A stretch of 64,000 bases of DNA from the human T2T-CHM13v2.0 reference genome, Homo sapiens. This document shows positions 1-17,548 of this stretch, piece by piece; the stretch's first letter is position 1; every line of letters starts with the position of its first letter. The stretch lies in assembly GCF_009914755.1 (NCBI RefSeq), contig NC_060925.1, one strand, 5' to 3'. Below the pieces are notes generated by a model. That model was not told the origin of the DNA. It saw only the letters and a program-made list of their open reading frames with translations, and made no database searches. Position numbers and translations under genes: made by a program.

Positions 1-533
1 ACAAGTGGAAGTTCACAAATTTTCTTATTTTCTCCTACTTGAAGCACTATCCCTCCTTGAAACACTTTAGTAGAGACAGGGTTTCACCATGTTGGCCAGT
101 CTGGTCTCAAATTCATGACTATTCTAAATCAAAGGTCAGTTCACAGTTTTCATCTTAACTTGAGCTACAAGTGGAAGTTCACAAATTTGCTTATTTTCTC
201 CTCCTTGAAACACTATCCCTTGGCTTCCACAGCTTCACACCTGTTTTTCCTACTACCTCAGTCTCTGATTCTTTCCCCTGGCTAGGTAACATTGGGGTGC
301 TTAAGGGATAAGTCTCACTTACTCTATTAGTGATCTCAGTATGTAAGTGTATAGTATTTAATTTATTTTGGTTGTAAATTATATATATGTGTGTATATAT
401 ATCTGACTATATCTATCTATCCCTCTCTCTTTCTCTCTAAAAGTTTATGTCTCTAGTTTCAAACTCTCCCCTGAATAATGGACTCAAACCCAACTGTCTA
501 CTGAACATCTCTTAAGTGGATAACAAGCATCTT

Positions 534-864
<331 letters not shown>

Positions 865-1244
865 ACAAGCATCTTAAACTAGTAGTTGTGATCAAAACTC
901 AGCTCATACTATTTCTGCTCAAAACCTGGTTCTTTTTTAATCTCCCTCATTTCAGTTACTGGTGGCTTCATCTTTTTGCATACTCAAGCCAAAATCTCAG
1001 ATTAATCCTTGACTTCTCTTGTTCTCTCAAACCTCATATTTATCTATCAGCAAATCCTATTGTCTATGGTTTTACAACGTATTCATAATCTGACCAATCC
1101 TTATACTCTGTTAGTATCCGCATCCATGCCAACATCATCTCTCACCTGGATAAATGTAATAACCACCTAACTGGTATCCTTATCTCTCTTCTTGCTTCTC
1201 TTTCTTGCCTATTCTTACATAGCAGTCAGAGTGATTAAACATAT

Positions 1245-4990
<3,746 letters not shown>

Positions 4991-6172
4991 TGAACTGAAT
5001 CATGATTTGTTATTTTTAATCATTTTCAACAGTTTTAAGTTTTCCCCTAGAAAAAAAAATCTTTAAATGACAATTTTTTCAGTCCTAGGAAAATATGCTG
5101 TAGAAATTCTGAGTAATTAACATAATGAGATCACATTTTAAGTGCTTATGATGGTGGTTGTGGTAGAGATGGTGATGGGGTATGTATGTGTGTCTAGGGT
5201 AAATTCTAAAGTTGGAATATAAGACAAAAGTTATATGTGCTCATAATTGTTATAGAAAATCCCTCAGTAGAGATTCACGTTGTCTCTTGGGAAGTCCAAC
5301 AGATAGTTGCTCTGCTTCTTTGAGTATCAGATGACGAAGTTAGCTAGTGTTTATGGCCCATGTTATTAAAAAAGTTCTTTTATCCACAAGCCTTAGATCA
5401 CAAAGTGCTTATAGTAGGAGAGAAATTTGGGAGATTGATGCCTACGGAGGAAACATTAGATTTATATTTCCTATCTTATACTCTCCTTGGGGGATGCACT
5501 CTTTAGTAAGATGATAGACTTGTTTTTCTTCTATTTTTTTTCCTATTTAGTAGTGAATTTTATTCTCTCTCTCCTCCACCCATTTTTCATACGTGAATTT
5601 TATTCTCTCTTCTTTCTCTCTCTCTCTCTCTGCCCTCACATCCCCCTCACTTGAGTACAGGGCTAGTGGCATTTTTCACAAATTAAATATGTAGACTAGT
5701 CTCCAGTAGTGGGCATAGCCAGAGACCTGTGTAGATGAATTGGTTATAGCATAGAGCTACAGGTTTGGGACCTGTTATTCTACAGGCTGATGAGTTTCTT
5801 TTCCCTGGTTGCCTGGCCACAGATATCATTCTGACATTCATAATTATATTCAGGTGGTTTTATATAAGATCAGTAGAAAACCCATGATGACTATAATAAT
5901 AATTCAGTGCAAGTGCCATGCTACCAGTTTTCAGGTATGGAGGATGTCAGGACAGTCTCTTTGCTATTTTGTCCCTTGAATCATTAATTCTGGTCAGCAC
6001 TGATGACCATCAAATTCCAGTTTGTCTTGAGTAATTGGAGAGGAGGATAATTAAAAAATTAGAAAAAAATTGAAAATATTTTTTTCTGCCAATTCTTTTA
6101 AATTTGTCAAATTTATCTTCTTTTTATCATCTAATGATAGGTATAGTTTTTATATAACTATAATTTTATTAA

Positions 6173-6303
6173 CCCATTTATGCCTGAGGTTGCAATTTTT
6201 TTGAATTTTTGCAATCAAAGCTTGGCGATGACCATGAGCAGTAGCATATAAATAGCTCCCACATGCTTAGCATTCCAATAGTGGAACACTAGGCATAAAT
6301 GGC
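6173..6303 (-). mobile_element. MER85 (piggyBac/PGBD3-derived MITE)
   Basis: TTAA at 6169-6172, TIR CCCATTTATGCCT at 6173-6185 and AGGCATAAATGG at 6291-6302. The internal sequence matches the MER85 consensus. Confidence 0.92.
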
Positions 6304-6304
6304 T

Positions 6305-7160
6305 AAGATAAAATTAAAGTATAAAACAAGCACACATGTAGAATGTATATAACTTAATTTGTTTTGATACATGCATACTCTTGTGAAATTGCCACCACAA
6401 TAAAGAAAGTGAATACATACATCATCCCCCCAAATTTCCTCATGTCTCTTTGTAATCCATTCCTCCTCCACTCCCATTTCCATGAAACTACTGATTTGCT
6501 TTCTATCACTATAAATTAGTTTACATTTTCTAGAATTGTATATAAATGAAATATAAAGTACATACTATTTTAATTTACTTCTTTCACTCAGCATAATAAT
6601 TTTCATATTAATCTGTGTTATGTGTGTCAATAATTCCTTCCTCTTTTTTTTGCTGGGTAATTGTCCATTGTATAGACCTACCACAATTTGTTTTTCTCAT
6701 TTAACTATTGATGGGCATTTGGATTTTTCTGGCTTTTGTTTATTACAAATAAAAATTCTATGAATGTTCATGTACAAATCTTTGAGTGGACATATGTTTT
6801 TATTTCTTTTGAGTAAATATCTGAGAATGGAATGTCTGTGTGTATGGTGAATGCATATTTAACTTTTTAGGAAACTAATAGTTTTGGCTATACTGTTAGC
6901 CAAAATTGTGATGCCATTCTATATTCTCAAAAATCGTGAATAACATCTCCACTTACCCTACATGTTCAACAACATATGATATGGCCAGACTCTCTATTAT
7001 TTTTTAAATGTAGCTATTCTAACCTATATGTAGTGGTAGTTCATTATAGCTTTAGTTTGCATTTTCATGCTGCCTAAATATGTGAAACATTTCTTCCTGT
7101 ACTTATTTGCCATTCACATATATTATTTTGTAAACGTATCTGTTCAAATCCTTAGACCAT
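6305..7160 (-). mobile_element. L1MB7/8-like 3' end
   Basis: caaatttcctcatgtctctttgtaatcc...ctgatttgctttctatcactata...gatgggcatttggatt. Confidence 0.75.
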
Positions 7161-7280
7161 TTTTTTTAGAGGTGGGATTTCACTCTGTTGCCCAGGCTGA
7201 AGTGCAGCTGCACTATCATGGCACACTGCAGCCTAGAAATTCTGAGCTCAGGTGATCTTCCTGCCTCAGCCTCTCAAGTC
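7160..7280 (-). mobile_element. Alu monomer fragment (FLAM/AluJ)
   Basis: cactctgttgcccaggctgaagtgcag...ctgcctcagcctctcaagt. Confidence 0.8.
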
Positions 7281-9050
7281 ATCATTTGCCCATTTTTTAT
7301 TAGGTTGTGAGTTTTAAGGGTTTTTTATTTATATAAATATAAGGGGTACAATAGCAGTTTTGTTACATGAATGTATTGTGTAGTGGTGAAGTCTGGGCTC
7401 TTGGTATAACCACCACCCGAATAGTGTACATTGTACCCAGTAAGTAATTTCTCATCCCTTGCCTTCCTCCCACTCTCCCACCCTTCTGAGTCTCCAATAT
7501 CTATCATTCCACACTCTATGTCCATGCATTAAAATATATATTATTTAACTCCCACTTATAAGTGAGAACATATGATATTTGGCTTTCTGTTTCTGAATTG
7601 TTTCACTTAAGATAATGGTCTCTAGTTCCATTCATGTTGTTGCAAAAAGCATTCTTTTTTTTATGGCTGAGTAGCATTCCATTTTACATTATCTTTATGC
7701 ATTCTTCCATTAATGGACACTTAGGTTGATTCCTTATGTTTGCAACTGTAAATAGTGCTGTGATAAACATAAAGTGCAGGTATATTTTTGATGTCATGAT
7801 TTATTTTCCTTTGGGTAGATACCCAGTAGTGAGATTGCCAGATTAAATGGTGGTTCTATTTGTATTTATTTGAGAAATCTCCATACTGTTTTCCATAGCA
7901 GTTGTACTAGTTTATATTCCACCAACAGTGTATAAGTGTTCCCCTTTTCTCCACATCCTTGCCGATATCTGTTACTTTTTCCCTTTTTAATAATAACTAT
8001 TCAGACTGGTCTAAGAGGATAGATTATTGTAATTTCTTTTTGCATTTCTCTGATGACAAATGATATTAAGCACTTTTTCATATGCTTACTGGCCATTTGT
8101 ATGTCTTCTTTTGAAAAATATCTATTCATATCCTTCACTCACCTTTTAATGGGGTTATTTGTTTATTTCAATTGTTGAGTTGTTTGAATTACTTGTAGAT
8201 TCTGGATATCAATTTTCTATTGGTTGCATAGTCTGCAGATATTTTCTCCCATTCTGCAGATTATCTGTTCACTTTGTTGATTATTTCTTTTGCCATGCAG
8301 AAGCTTTTTACTTTAATTAATTTCTATTTGTCTATTTTTGTTGGTGGTGGTGGTGGTGCTTTTCAGATCTTTGTCATAAATTCTTTGCCTAGACCAATAT
8401 CCAGCAGTTTTCTCTAGGATTTCTTCTAGTATTTTTATGGTTTCAGTTCTTACATTTAAGACTTTAATCCATCTTGAGTTGATTTTTGTATATGGTGAGA
8501 GATAGGGGTCCAGTTTCATTCCTCTGAATGTGGCAATCCAATTTTTCCAGGACCGTTTATTAAAAAGGGTATATTTTCCCCAGCATATGTTTTTGTCACC
8601 TTTGTCAAAGAACAGTTGGCTATAGATATGTGGCTTTATTTCTGAGTTTTCTATTCTGTTTCATTGGTTTATGTCTCTATTTTTATACTAGTACTATGCT
8701 GTTTGGATTACTATAGCCTTCTAGTATAATTTGAAGTCAGGTGATGCTATGTCTCCAACTTTGTTCTTTTTGTTTAGAATTGCTTTGGCTATTCAGGCTC
8801 CATTTTGGTTCCATATGAATTTTAAGATTTTTTTTCTAATTCCATTAAAATGGCATTGGTATTTTGAAAGGGGTTGGATTGAATCTGTAGTTTTCTTTGG
8901 GCAGTATGATTATTTTAGTGATATTAATTCTTCTGACCAGTTAGCACAAAATATTTTTTATGTGTTTGTCTTATCTACAGTTTCTTTTATCCATGCTTTG
9001 TAGTTTCCCTTGTAGAAATCTTTCACCTCCTTCGGTAAATATATCCCTAG

Positions 9051-9052
<2 letters not shown>

Positions 9053-9096
<44 letters not shown>
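9053..9096. repeat. (GT)22 microsatellite
   Basis: Read directly from the sequence. Confidence 0.97.
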
Positions 9097-9098
<2 letters not shown>

Positions 9099-9595
9099 CT
9101 ATTTAAGTGGGATTGCCTCCTTAAATTGCTTCTCAGCTTGATTGTTATTGGTGGGTAGAAATGCTAATAATTTTTGCACATGGATGTTGTGTCCTGAAAC
9201 TTTAGTGAATACATTCGTCAAATCTAGAGTTTTGGAGGAATCTTAAGGGATTTTGGTGTAATATCATATCATCTGAAAAGAGAGATAATTTAAATTCCTT
9301 TTTTCCAATTTGGATGCCTTTTATTTCTTTCTCTTGCCTGATTGCTCTGCCTAGGACTTTCACTACTATGTTAAATAGAAGTGGTAAAAGTGGGCATCCT
9401 TGTCTTGTTCCATTTCTTATGGGACTGCTTACAACTTTTCCCCATTCAGGATAATATTAGCTGTGTGTTCATTGTATATGACATTTATTATTTTGAGGTA
9501 TGTTTTTTCTGCTGTTTTTTCAGGGATTTTTTAACATGAAGAGATGCACAATTCTATCAAAAGCTTTTTCTGCATCTATTGAGCTGATCATACAG

Positions 9596-11877
9596 TATAT
9601 TAGTCTGTTTTCGTGCTGCTGATAAAGACATATCTGAGACTGGGTAATTTACAAAGAAAAAGAGGTTTAATGGGCTCACAGTTCCACATGGCTGGGGAAG
9701 CCTCACAATCATAGTGGAAAGGCGAAAGCACATCTTACATGGCAGCAAGCAAGAGAGAATGAGAACTAAGCAAAATGGGAAACTCCTTATAAAATCATCA
9801 GATCTTGTGAGATTTATTCATTACTAAAAGAACAGTATGGGGAAAACTACCCCATGATTTAATTCTCTCCCACCGGGTCCCTCCCACTCACATAGGAATT
9901 ATGGGACCTACAATTCAAGATAAGATTTGGGTAGGAACACAGCCAAACCATATCATTCCACCCCTGGCACCCCCGTGAATCTTATGTCCTCACATTTCAA
10001 AACGAATCATGCCTTTCCAATAGTCCCCTAAAGTCTTGACTCATTCCAGCATTTACTCAAAAGTTCACAGTCCAAAGTCTTATCTGAGACAAGGCAAGTC
10101 CCTTCTGACTATAAGCCTGTAAAACCAAAAGCAATTTAGTTACTTTCTAGATACAATTGGAGTACAGGCATAGGGTAAATACACCCATTCCAAATGGGAG
10201 AAATTGCCCAAAACAAAAGGGCTACAGGCCCCATGGAAGCCTAAAATCCAATAGAGCAGCCATTAAATCCTAAGGTTCCAAAGTTATCTCCTTTGACTCA
10301 ATGTGTCACATCCAAATCACACTGATGCAAGAGGTGGGTTCCCATGGTTTTGGGCAGCTCTGCCCCAGTGGCTATGCAAGGTACAGCCTCCTTTCTGGCT
10401 ACTTTCATGGGCTGGCATTGAGTATCTGTGGCTTTTCCAGGTGCACAATGCAAGCTGTTGGTAGATCTACCATTCTGGGCTGTGGAGGATGGAGGCCTTC
10501 ATCTCACAGCTCCACGAGGTAGTGCCCCAGTAGGAACTCTGTGTGGGGGCTCCAACCCCACATTTCCCTTCTGCACTGCCCTAGCAGAGTTCTCCATGAG
10601 GGTATTGCCCCTGCAGAAAACTTCTTTCTGGACATCCAGTCATTTCCATACATCCTTTGAAATCTAGGTGGAGGTTCCCAAACCTCAATTCTTTACTTCT
10701 GCACTCACAGGCTCAACACCATGTATAAGCTGCCAAGGTTTGGGGCTTGCACTCTCTGAAGCCATTGTCTGAGCTGTACCTTGGCCCCTTTTAGCCAAGG
10801 CTATTGCGGCTGGGATGCAAGGTACCAAGTCCCTAGGCTGCACAGAGCAACAGGCCCTGGCCCCAGCCCATGCAACCATTTGTTCTCCTTAGGCCTCCAG
10901 GCCTGTGATGGGAGGGGCTGCCATGCAGACCTCTGGCATGCCCAGAGACATTTGCTCCATTGTCTTGGTGATTAACATTTGGCTCCTCTTTACTTATGCA
11001 AGTTTCTGCAGCCTGCTTAATTTCTCCTCAGAAAATGTTTTTTTTTTCCTATCAGGTTGTCAGCCTGTAAATTTTCTGAAATTTTATGCTCTGTTTCTCT
11101 TTTAAAACTGAATGCTTTTAACAGCACCCATCACCTCTTGAATGTTTTGCTGCTTAGAAATTTCTTCTGCCAGATACTGTAAGTCATCTCCCTCAAGTTC
11201 AAAGCTCAACAAATCTGTAGGTCAGGGACAAAATTCTGCTAGTCCCTTTGCTAAAACATAGCAACAGTCACCTTTACTCCAGTTCCTGACTAGTTTCTCA
11301 TCTCCATCTGAGACCATATCAGCCTGGATTTCATTGTCCATATCATTATCAACATTTTGGTCAAAGCCGTTGAACAAATCTCTAGGAAGTTCCAAACTTT
11401 CCCACATTTTCCTCTCTTCTTCTGAGCCCTCCAAACTGTTCCAACCTCTTCCTGTTTGCCAGTTCCAAAGTCATTTCCATATTTTTGGATATCTTTACAG
11501 CAGTGCCCCACTCTATTCTATTAGTCTGTTTTCATGCTGCTGATAAAGACATACCTGAGACTGGGCAATTTATAAAGAAAAAGAGGTTTAATGGACTCAC
11601 AGTTCCATGTGACTGGGGAGGTCTCATAATCATGGTGGGAGGCAAAAGGCACATTTTACATGGCAGCAAGCAAGACAGAATGAGAGCCAAGCAAAAGGGG
11701 AAGCCCTTTATAAAACCATCAGATCTTATGATACTTATTCACTGCCATGAGAACAGTATGGGGAAAACTGCCCCATGATTTAATTATCTCCCACTGGGTG
11801 CCTCCCACAACATGTAGGAATTATGGGAGCTACAAATCAAGATGAGATTTGGGTGGGGACACAGCCAAACCATGTCA
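9596..11877 (-). mobile_element. Complete THE1 (THE1B-like) MaLR provirus: LTR 9596-9955, internal 9956-11516, LTR 11517-11877
   Basis: Two ~360 bp direct repeats (tattagtctgtttt...gctgataaagacata...cagccaaaccat(a/g)tca) flank ~1.55 kb of THE1-internal sequence. Confidence 0.93.
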
Positions 11878-11945
11878 CATAATTTTTGTCCTTAATTTTT
11901 TTATGCCATGAGTCACATAAATTGATTTGCATATATCAAACCATG

Positions 11946-12176
11946 TATTTATAGTATTCAATAAATTATATGAGATAGTCACTATTATAAAATAGGCTTT
12001 GTGTTAGATGATTTTGCCCAACAAGAGGCTAATGTTCTGAGCTCATTTAGGGTAGGCTAGGCCAAGCTATAATGTTGGGTGGGTTGAGTGTACTAAAGTG
12101 CATTTTTGACTTCAATATTTTTAACTTACTATGAATTTATTGAGCTGTAACCCCATCATAAATCGAGGAGCATCTG
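11946..12176 (-). mobile_element. MER6/MER6A (Tigger-type) fragment
   Basis: aaaataggctttgtgttagatgattttgccc...gtaaccccatcataaatcgaggagcatctg terminus. Confidence 0.75.
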
Positions 12177-12244
12177 CATATGTGTTCCAAATATTTTCTT
12201 GCAGCCTCTGGATTTCCTCTTCATTTTCTTAATAGTATATTTCA

Positions 12245-12370
12245 AAGAAGAAACTAAGGCCAAGGCAGGTAATTTGACTTGCTTAAAATTTCCCAGCTAA
12301 AAATATCAGATATGGAATTTGAACTCAATTCTTTTTGTTTTCCAAATCCTACCTCTTAGTCCTTATGCTT
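12245..12370 (-). mobile_element. MIR fragment
   Basis: gaagaaactaaggcc...gacttgcttaaaatttcccagcta...ggaatttgaactca. Confidence 0.6.
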
Positions 12371-15349
12371 TATTACTAAAGAGTCATGAAATTATTTATT
12401 TATATGAAAATATTTTAATAAATGCCTCCTATTTTGTAGTTTCAGCACTAGAGTAGTGGTTCTATATAAATGAACACATGGTCCCCATCTACTTTAAGAT
12501 CCCAAGCAAATATAAGGAAAAATAAAAAATCTAAAAAGATATGTTGAATGCTATCATAAAAGTAAATAGCACAGGTAAGGAAAACAATTACTATCTGGAA
12601 TTGTTGAGGAAATGGTCAAATAGAATTGCTGTTTGGTCAGTGTTCAAAAGATACAATGGGTATGGATAGCTGAAAAGAATAGTGTAAACATGGTAAAGCC
12701 AGAGAGGTGTGAAAGCAAGTGGTCTCTGCAGAATTGGGACTAAATATTAGATTGTTTGAGAAAGTGGCAAAAAGCACCATTTTAAATATTTTGTTCTTAT
12801 AATATCACATGCTTTGATACATAGATGTTATCCTACAGATAAGTAACTGTGAATATTATCTGATTATGATAGAAACATAGATTTTAAATAGTTATTTGGG
12901 CATATGTTTGAATGACTGGCAAAATGAGCATGAGACTTGTGGTCAGGAAACAATTGAAAGCTTATTGTAATAGAAGAAGAGAAATTAAACTGACAGGAAT
13001 TAATCAGGGGAAAAGGAAGGGCTGAATTTTAATGAATAATCAATAGTTCAGGTATGGAATATATATCATCCTCTTCAAGTACAATGAATGGGCCAAATTG
13101 AACATAGTTTATTAGATTACTAGCTATGAAAAACCCTGAAGGGAAAAAGTACCCAACACTTCACATATTAGGTAATTGGGAATCATTATGATTTTATAAC
13201 ATGGCTGGGCTATAGCATTGGCTCAAATGCCAACAAGCTGAAAAGAAGGCAAGAAGGTCTGTAATAAGGAACCAACACAGAAAACCCATATATGTATATA
13301 AAATCAGTGTATGACCCAGACGAAAGGCAAGGTCATTCTAATATTCTACAGTATTGCCAATAGCCAGGACTGTCTTAGGCATTTACATGAGCTGGGTGAA
13401 ACTGCTGTAATCACTATTAAACGAGGGTGCTGCATGATATGTTGCTTGCCCCACACAGTCTGGTAGACTAATGTGTCCTAACACAGCTAGTCAAAGGTCT
13501 TAGAGAGCCAAAGTCTGCATATGTCTTGAGAAAAGTAACCAGAGTATCATTATTTTAGAATTGAAAAACAACTGATAGCATGTTGCACTGGATACATAGA
13601 CCTAACTTGTGTATCCTCAAGTGGTTTATAAAAATCAATCCAACTGAAGACTATAATTTTCTCATACAATCCAGATTTCTGGATTCTCTTGAAATATTAG
13701 ATGATCCAGTGGTGGAGGGTCTTAATTCTGGTATCACAACAATTGACAGGAGCTACACATAGCAACCTCCACCACTCTGTGTGGGTACATACCCCTCATT
13801 CATACAATGAAAAACATTTTCACAAAAAGACCAAGGTATCACTCATTATTGTTATCTTCCTGGTCTTGTAAGCATTTGCTTTCACAGTCTCTGATATAAG
13901 GTGCAAGTGAAATCTCAAGTGCCAGAGTAATTCATAGCTGGATCCAATAGAGAAGAAACAACAGGACTCCTAAAGGATGAGTAAAGAAGTTGGAATTGCT
14001 TATTTTGAAAGATATAATAAGAAGTTTTGAGAAATATCATCAGCATGAAGGCTGACACCTGGAAAAATCTCAACTGCATTAAATTAAGTAGGCTTTCTGA
14101 TGAGGTCCTACCTAAGGGAAAATTACCAAGTGGCCAAATTTTACTTAGTGTCTAAAAAGCCGCCTTTCCCTTTGCCCCTTTCTTTCTCTTCAACATTAAG
14201 TTATACCATCATATTTTCTGGTCTTTATGTAAAATGTGCATATATTTGTATATAATATATGTATTATACATATACATTGATAAAGTATCTTCTAAAATTT
14301 TCTCAGTAGCTAAGAAGAATGGGATTCTATAATTATCTCTGGCTTTAATTATGGGGTACTGTCAAAGGCTTGGGTTTTAGATTCATTTATTCTTTCAACA
14401 AATATTTATTTAGTTCCTAAGGATCTAGTCATGGTCAAGGTTCTTTTTTTCTTGAAGCTTAAATTCTAGTAAGGGAACATATGTAATAAATAATAATAAT
14501 ACAAGTAAATATTTCTGCATATTGATAAGAGTTATGAAGAATAAATGAGTTGTTGAGTTGGAGAGTGACCAATGGCTGTAAACAGTGGCCACTTTCTGTG
14601 TAGCAAATTTCCCAGTGGGGATATTGTGGTTGGTTTTAAAAATTACTTAAAACGGAGTGCCACCCAGCCACCTAGCTAGGACTTTACTGTTTGACTATTT
14701 CATATTCACTATATGTAAGGGTCATCCCAGCAGTTATAATCTGCCATGTGTTGCTATACAAAGATTTACAGGATTCAGCATATTTAACTACCTAATTGGA
14801 AGCACTCCTTGCATCTAATGAGCATTTTTTTCTTGACACTTTTTTCCCCACTTATCAGATAAGCCAGCATTTTCTTAAATGTCTAAGGTGTGCTAAGGCC
14901 GAAAGGTTATTTTTAAAGCAATGAGTCTATAAATTACTAAGTTTTGTGGTGGAGGAAATAGAAGAAAAAATATATTTTGGAAGGGAATGAAGTATGGTAA
15001 TCACTCCAAGCAGGCTTAATTATGGAGAAACTAAGAGGTGGGCATGTGGGAGGAGACTTGAAACTTAATTTAGTCTCGTCCATAATTTTGTCTGAGTTCA
15101 GCTGTCAATACACTTACGATATCCTGGCTTTGAGGCGCTCTGTCTCTAGGATTAATTTTTTTCCTTCCAGAGAAGACATAATGTCATTAGAGTAAATCAT
15201 GACTTCTCATATAATTGCTCATCTGCTGATAAGGAAGATAGGTCCACCTGATTCCAGCCTGAGCCAATCGTGCCTTCCCTATCCACTGAGTTGCTGAGTT
15301 AAGCCTGATTCTGAAGCTGCATACAGGTGTTATCAGTGCCCTCTGTTCT

Positions 15350-15853
15350 TGTAATGTCTCAAGAAAGATGACAATAGAAATCAAGAGAGATCACTAGATA
15401 TAGCAGCATAGAGAAAGAGAAAGCATTATTTTAGCTTGTGCACAAGGAAGTCGGCACCACAAAAGGAAAAGGGCAGGCTGCTCCTGGAGGGTAGTATGTG
15501 GATTTGTTTTATGCGGACTTTCTATAGGGAAGGATTTCATCAGGGCATGTATAGGAGGGTTTTTTCTAGCACTTGTGCAATGGCTCTACATGTTTCTTCA
15601 TACACCACATGTAATATTACCGTTTTAAATCTCCACTACTGGCTGTGTGACTTTTAGTATTAAAATGAGGGGGAGGGGCAATTATAAGTTAAAGTTTAAG
15701 GCTACCTGCACATGTGGAGCCGAAGGGAAGTCCCTATCCCCCTAAAGCAGGAACTTGTGGTTAATAGCTTCTTGGGTTTTTTGTTGCTGATTGGCTGGAA
15801 GTTAGGTAAGCTACAGTTTGAGTAAAGGGCTTTGATCTTTTCTCTAAACCACA
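15350..15853 (-). mobile_element. Probable ERV1-class solo LTR (subfamily uncertain)
   Basis: ~500 bp TG...CA block with antisense LTR features, including a CCAAT box (ctgattggctgg). No clear TSD found. Confidence 0.45.
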
Positions 15854-16448
15854 TGAAAACAGGAAATGAGCCTGTCTGCCTATCTGGCCTACTCAGTGAG
15901 AATGGATTCAGTGATAGATTAACAATGTCTGCCATAAAATCAGAAATAAAAACAAAACCACGAGGGCTTGGGACATAGAGTTGTGGCAAAATGAACTAAG
16001 AATGATTTATCAAAATGCTACCCTTTGGAGCTTCTTGACTTATGTATAAGGCAGGAATAGTAGAGCTAAGCAGGTTCCCAGACCAATTTCCCAGGATACT
16101 TGGTAGATCTTGGAATAAGCCTTTCATGTTGAAAAACAAATAGGACTGAGAATTGGCTGCCCTGGGACGGGAAGGGCCCTGTACTCAAATTTGTCTCACT
16201 CCAAACCTGTCGGAAGTCAAAAATCCATGCTTGAAAGAACAAGTTTTCAGGGTGTGTAGAGGGTTAATTAACTCATCCATTGTTTTCAGTGTAGGGAGAT
16301 GGAAATCACACAAATAGCATCCTATTTAGGGCTGTGCTAGAAATGAATTGCAGCCTGGCAGCAAGCCCTGTTCCTTTAAGGGAGACATGAGCCTTGTTTC
16401 CCTTTATTATTCTTAATTTTTCATCAACTCTCTCAACAATGTCTAGTT

Positions 16449-16756
16449 TTTAATTTTATTTATTTATTTATTTATTTGAGACTGAGTCTCTCTCTGTCGC
16501 CCAGGCTGGAGTGCAGTGGTGCACTCGGCTCACTGTAAGCTCCGCCTCTCGGGTTCACGCCATTCTGCTGCCTCAGCCTCCCCAGTAGCTGGGACTACAG
16601 GCGCCCGCCACCACGCCTGGCTAATTTTTTGTATTTTTAGTAGAGACGGGGTTTCACCGTGTTAGCCAGGATGATCTTGAACTCCTGACCTCGTGATCTG
16701 CCCATCTCGGCATCCCAAAGTGCTGGGATTACAGGCGTGAGCTACTGCGCCCGGCC
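16449..16756 (-). mobile_element. AluY
   Basis: Diagnostic aagctccgcc, ttcacgccattc, accgtgttagccaggatg. TSD aacaatgtctagtt at 16435-16448 and 16757-16770. Confidence 0.93.
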
Positions 16757-17548
16757 AACAATGTCTAGTTCTTAATATGTAAATGAATATTCATAGAGAG
16801 GCTGCCAAGTAGATTTTAGGCATTTTTATGAGTAACTGATAACAAACAATAGATGATGTTGAAGTCTGGATAGTAAAGGAAGTCTTCTGTGACATTCAGG
16901 CAGTTCAGCAAGAAGAAGATGCACTGACTAATCTTTAAAAACAGTTTTTAAAAATTTTAATATAATAAGCATTATTTTTAAGTAAACTTTATTTTAGAAT
17001 AGGTTCACAAAATTCATACAAAAATTTGTGAATGTGATATAAGAGAATTCCCATATACCCTAGTAAACCCAGTTTACCTTATTTTGGATATTCTACATTA
17101 ACCTGGCAAGTGTTTCATAGTTAATGAACTCAGTGATACATTATTAATTAAAGTCCATACTTATTTCTGATTTCCTTAGTTTTTACCTAATGTCCTTGTT
17201 CTGCTCCAGGATCCTATCTAGGATACCATATTACGTTTGCTTGTCTTATTTCTTACTCTTCTTGGCCATGACAGTGTTCCAGGCTTTCATTGTTTTTGAT
17301 GATCTGGACCACTTTGAGGGGTACTAACCAGGTATTTTGTAGAATGTCTCTTAATGGAGATGTGATTGATATTTTTCTCATGATTAGATTGGGTTTATGG
17401 TTTTGAGAAGACTACAGAGGTAAAGTGCCATTCTCAGTGCTTCACATGAAGGGTACATACTATAAACATGATTTATGGCTATTAATATTATTTTTGATCA
17501 TCTGGTTGAGGTAGTATTTGTCATGTTTCTGCATTGTAAAGTTACTCT

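Larger units (their letters stand above)
7322..11945 (-). mobile_element. L1MA1-3/L1PB4-like 3' portion, split by THE1 at 9596-11877
   Basis: 3' end ggggtacaatagcagttttgttacatg...gtggtgaagtctgggct. The ORF2 fragment [19 protein letters not shown] is present, and the L1 resumes after the THE1. Confidence 0.85.

Noticed and set aside
13040-14100. Possible ancient ERV/Gypsy internal fragment
   Set aside because: The composition is suggestive, but I could not identify any diagnostic motif. It needs a Dfam search.
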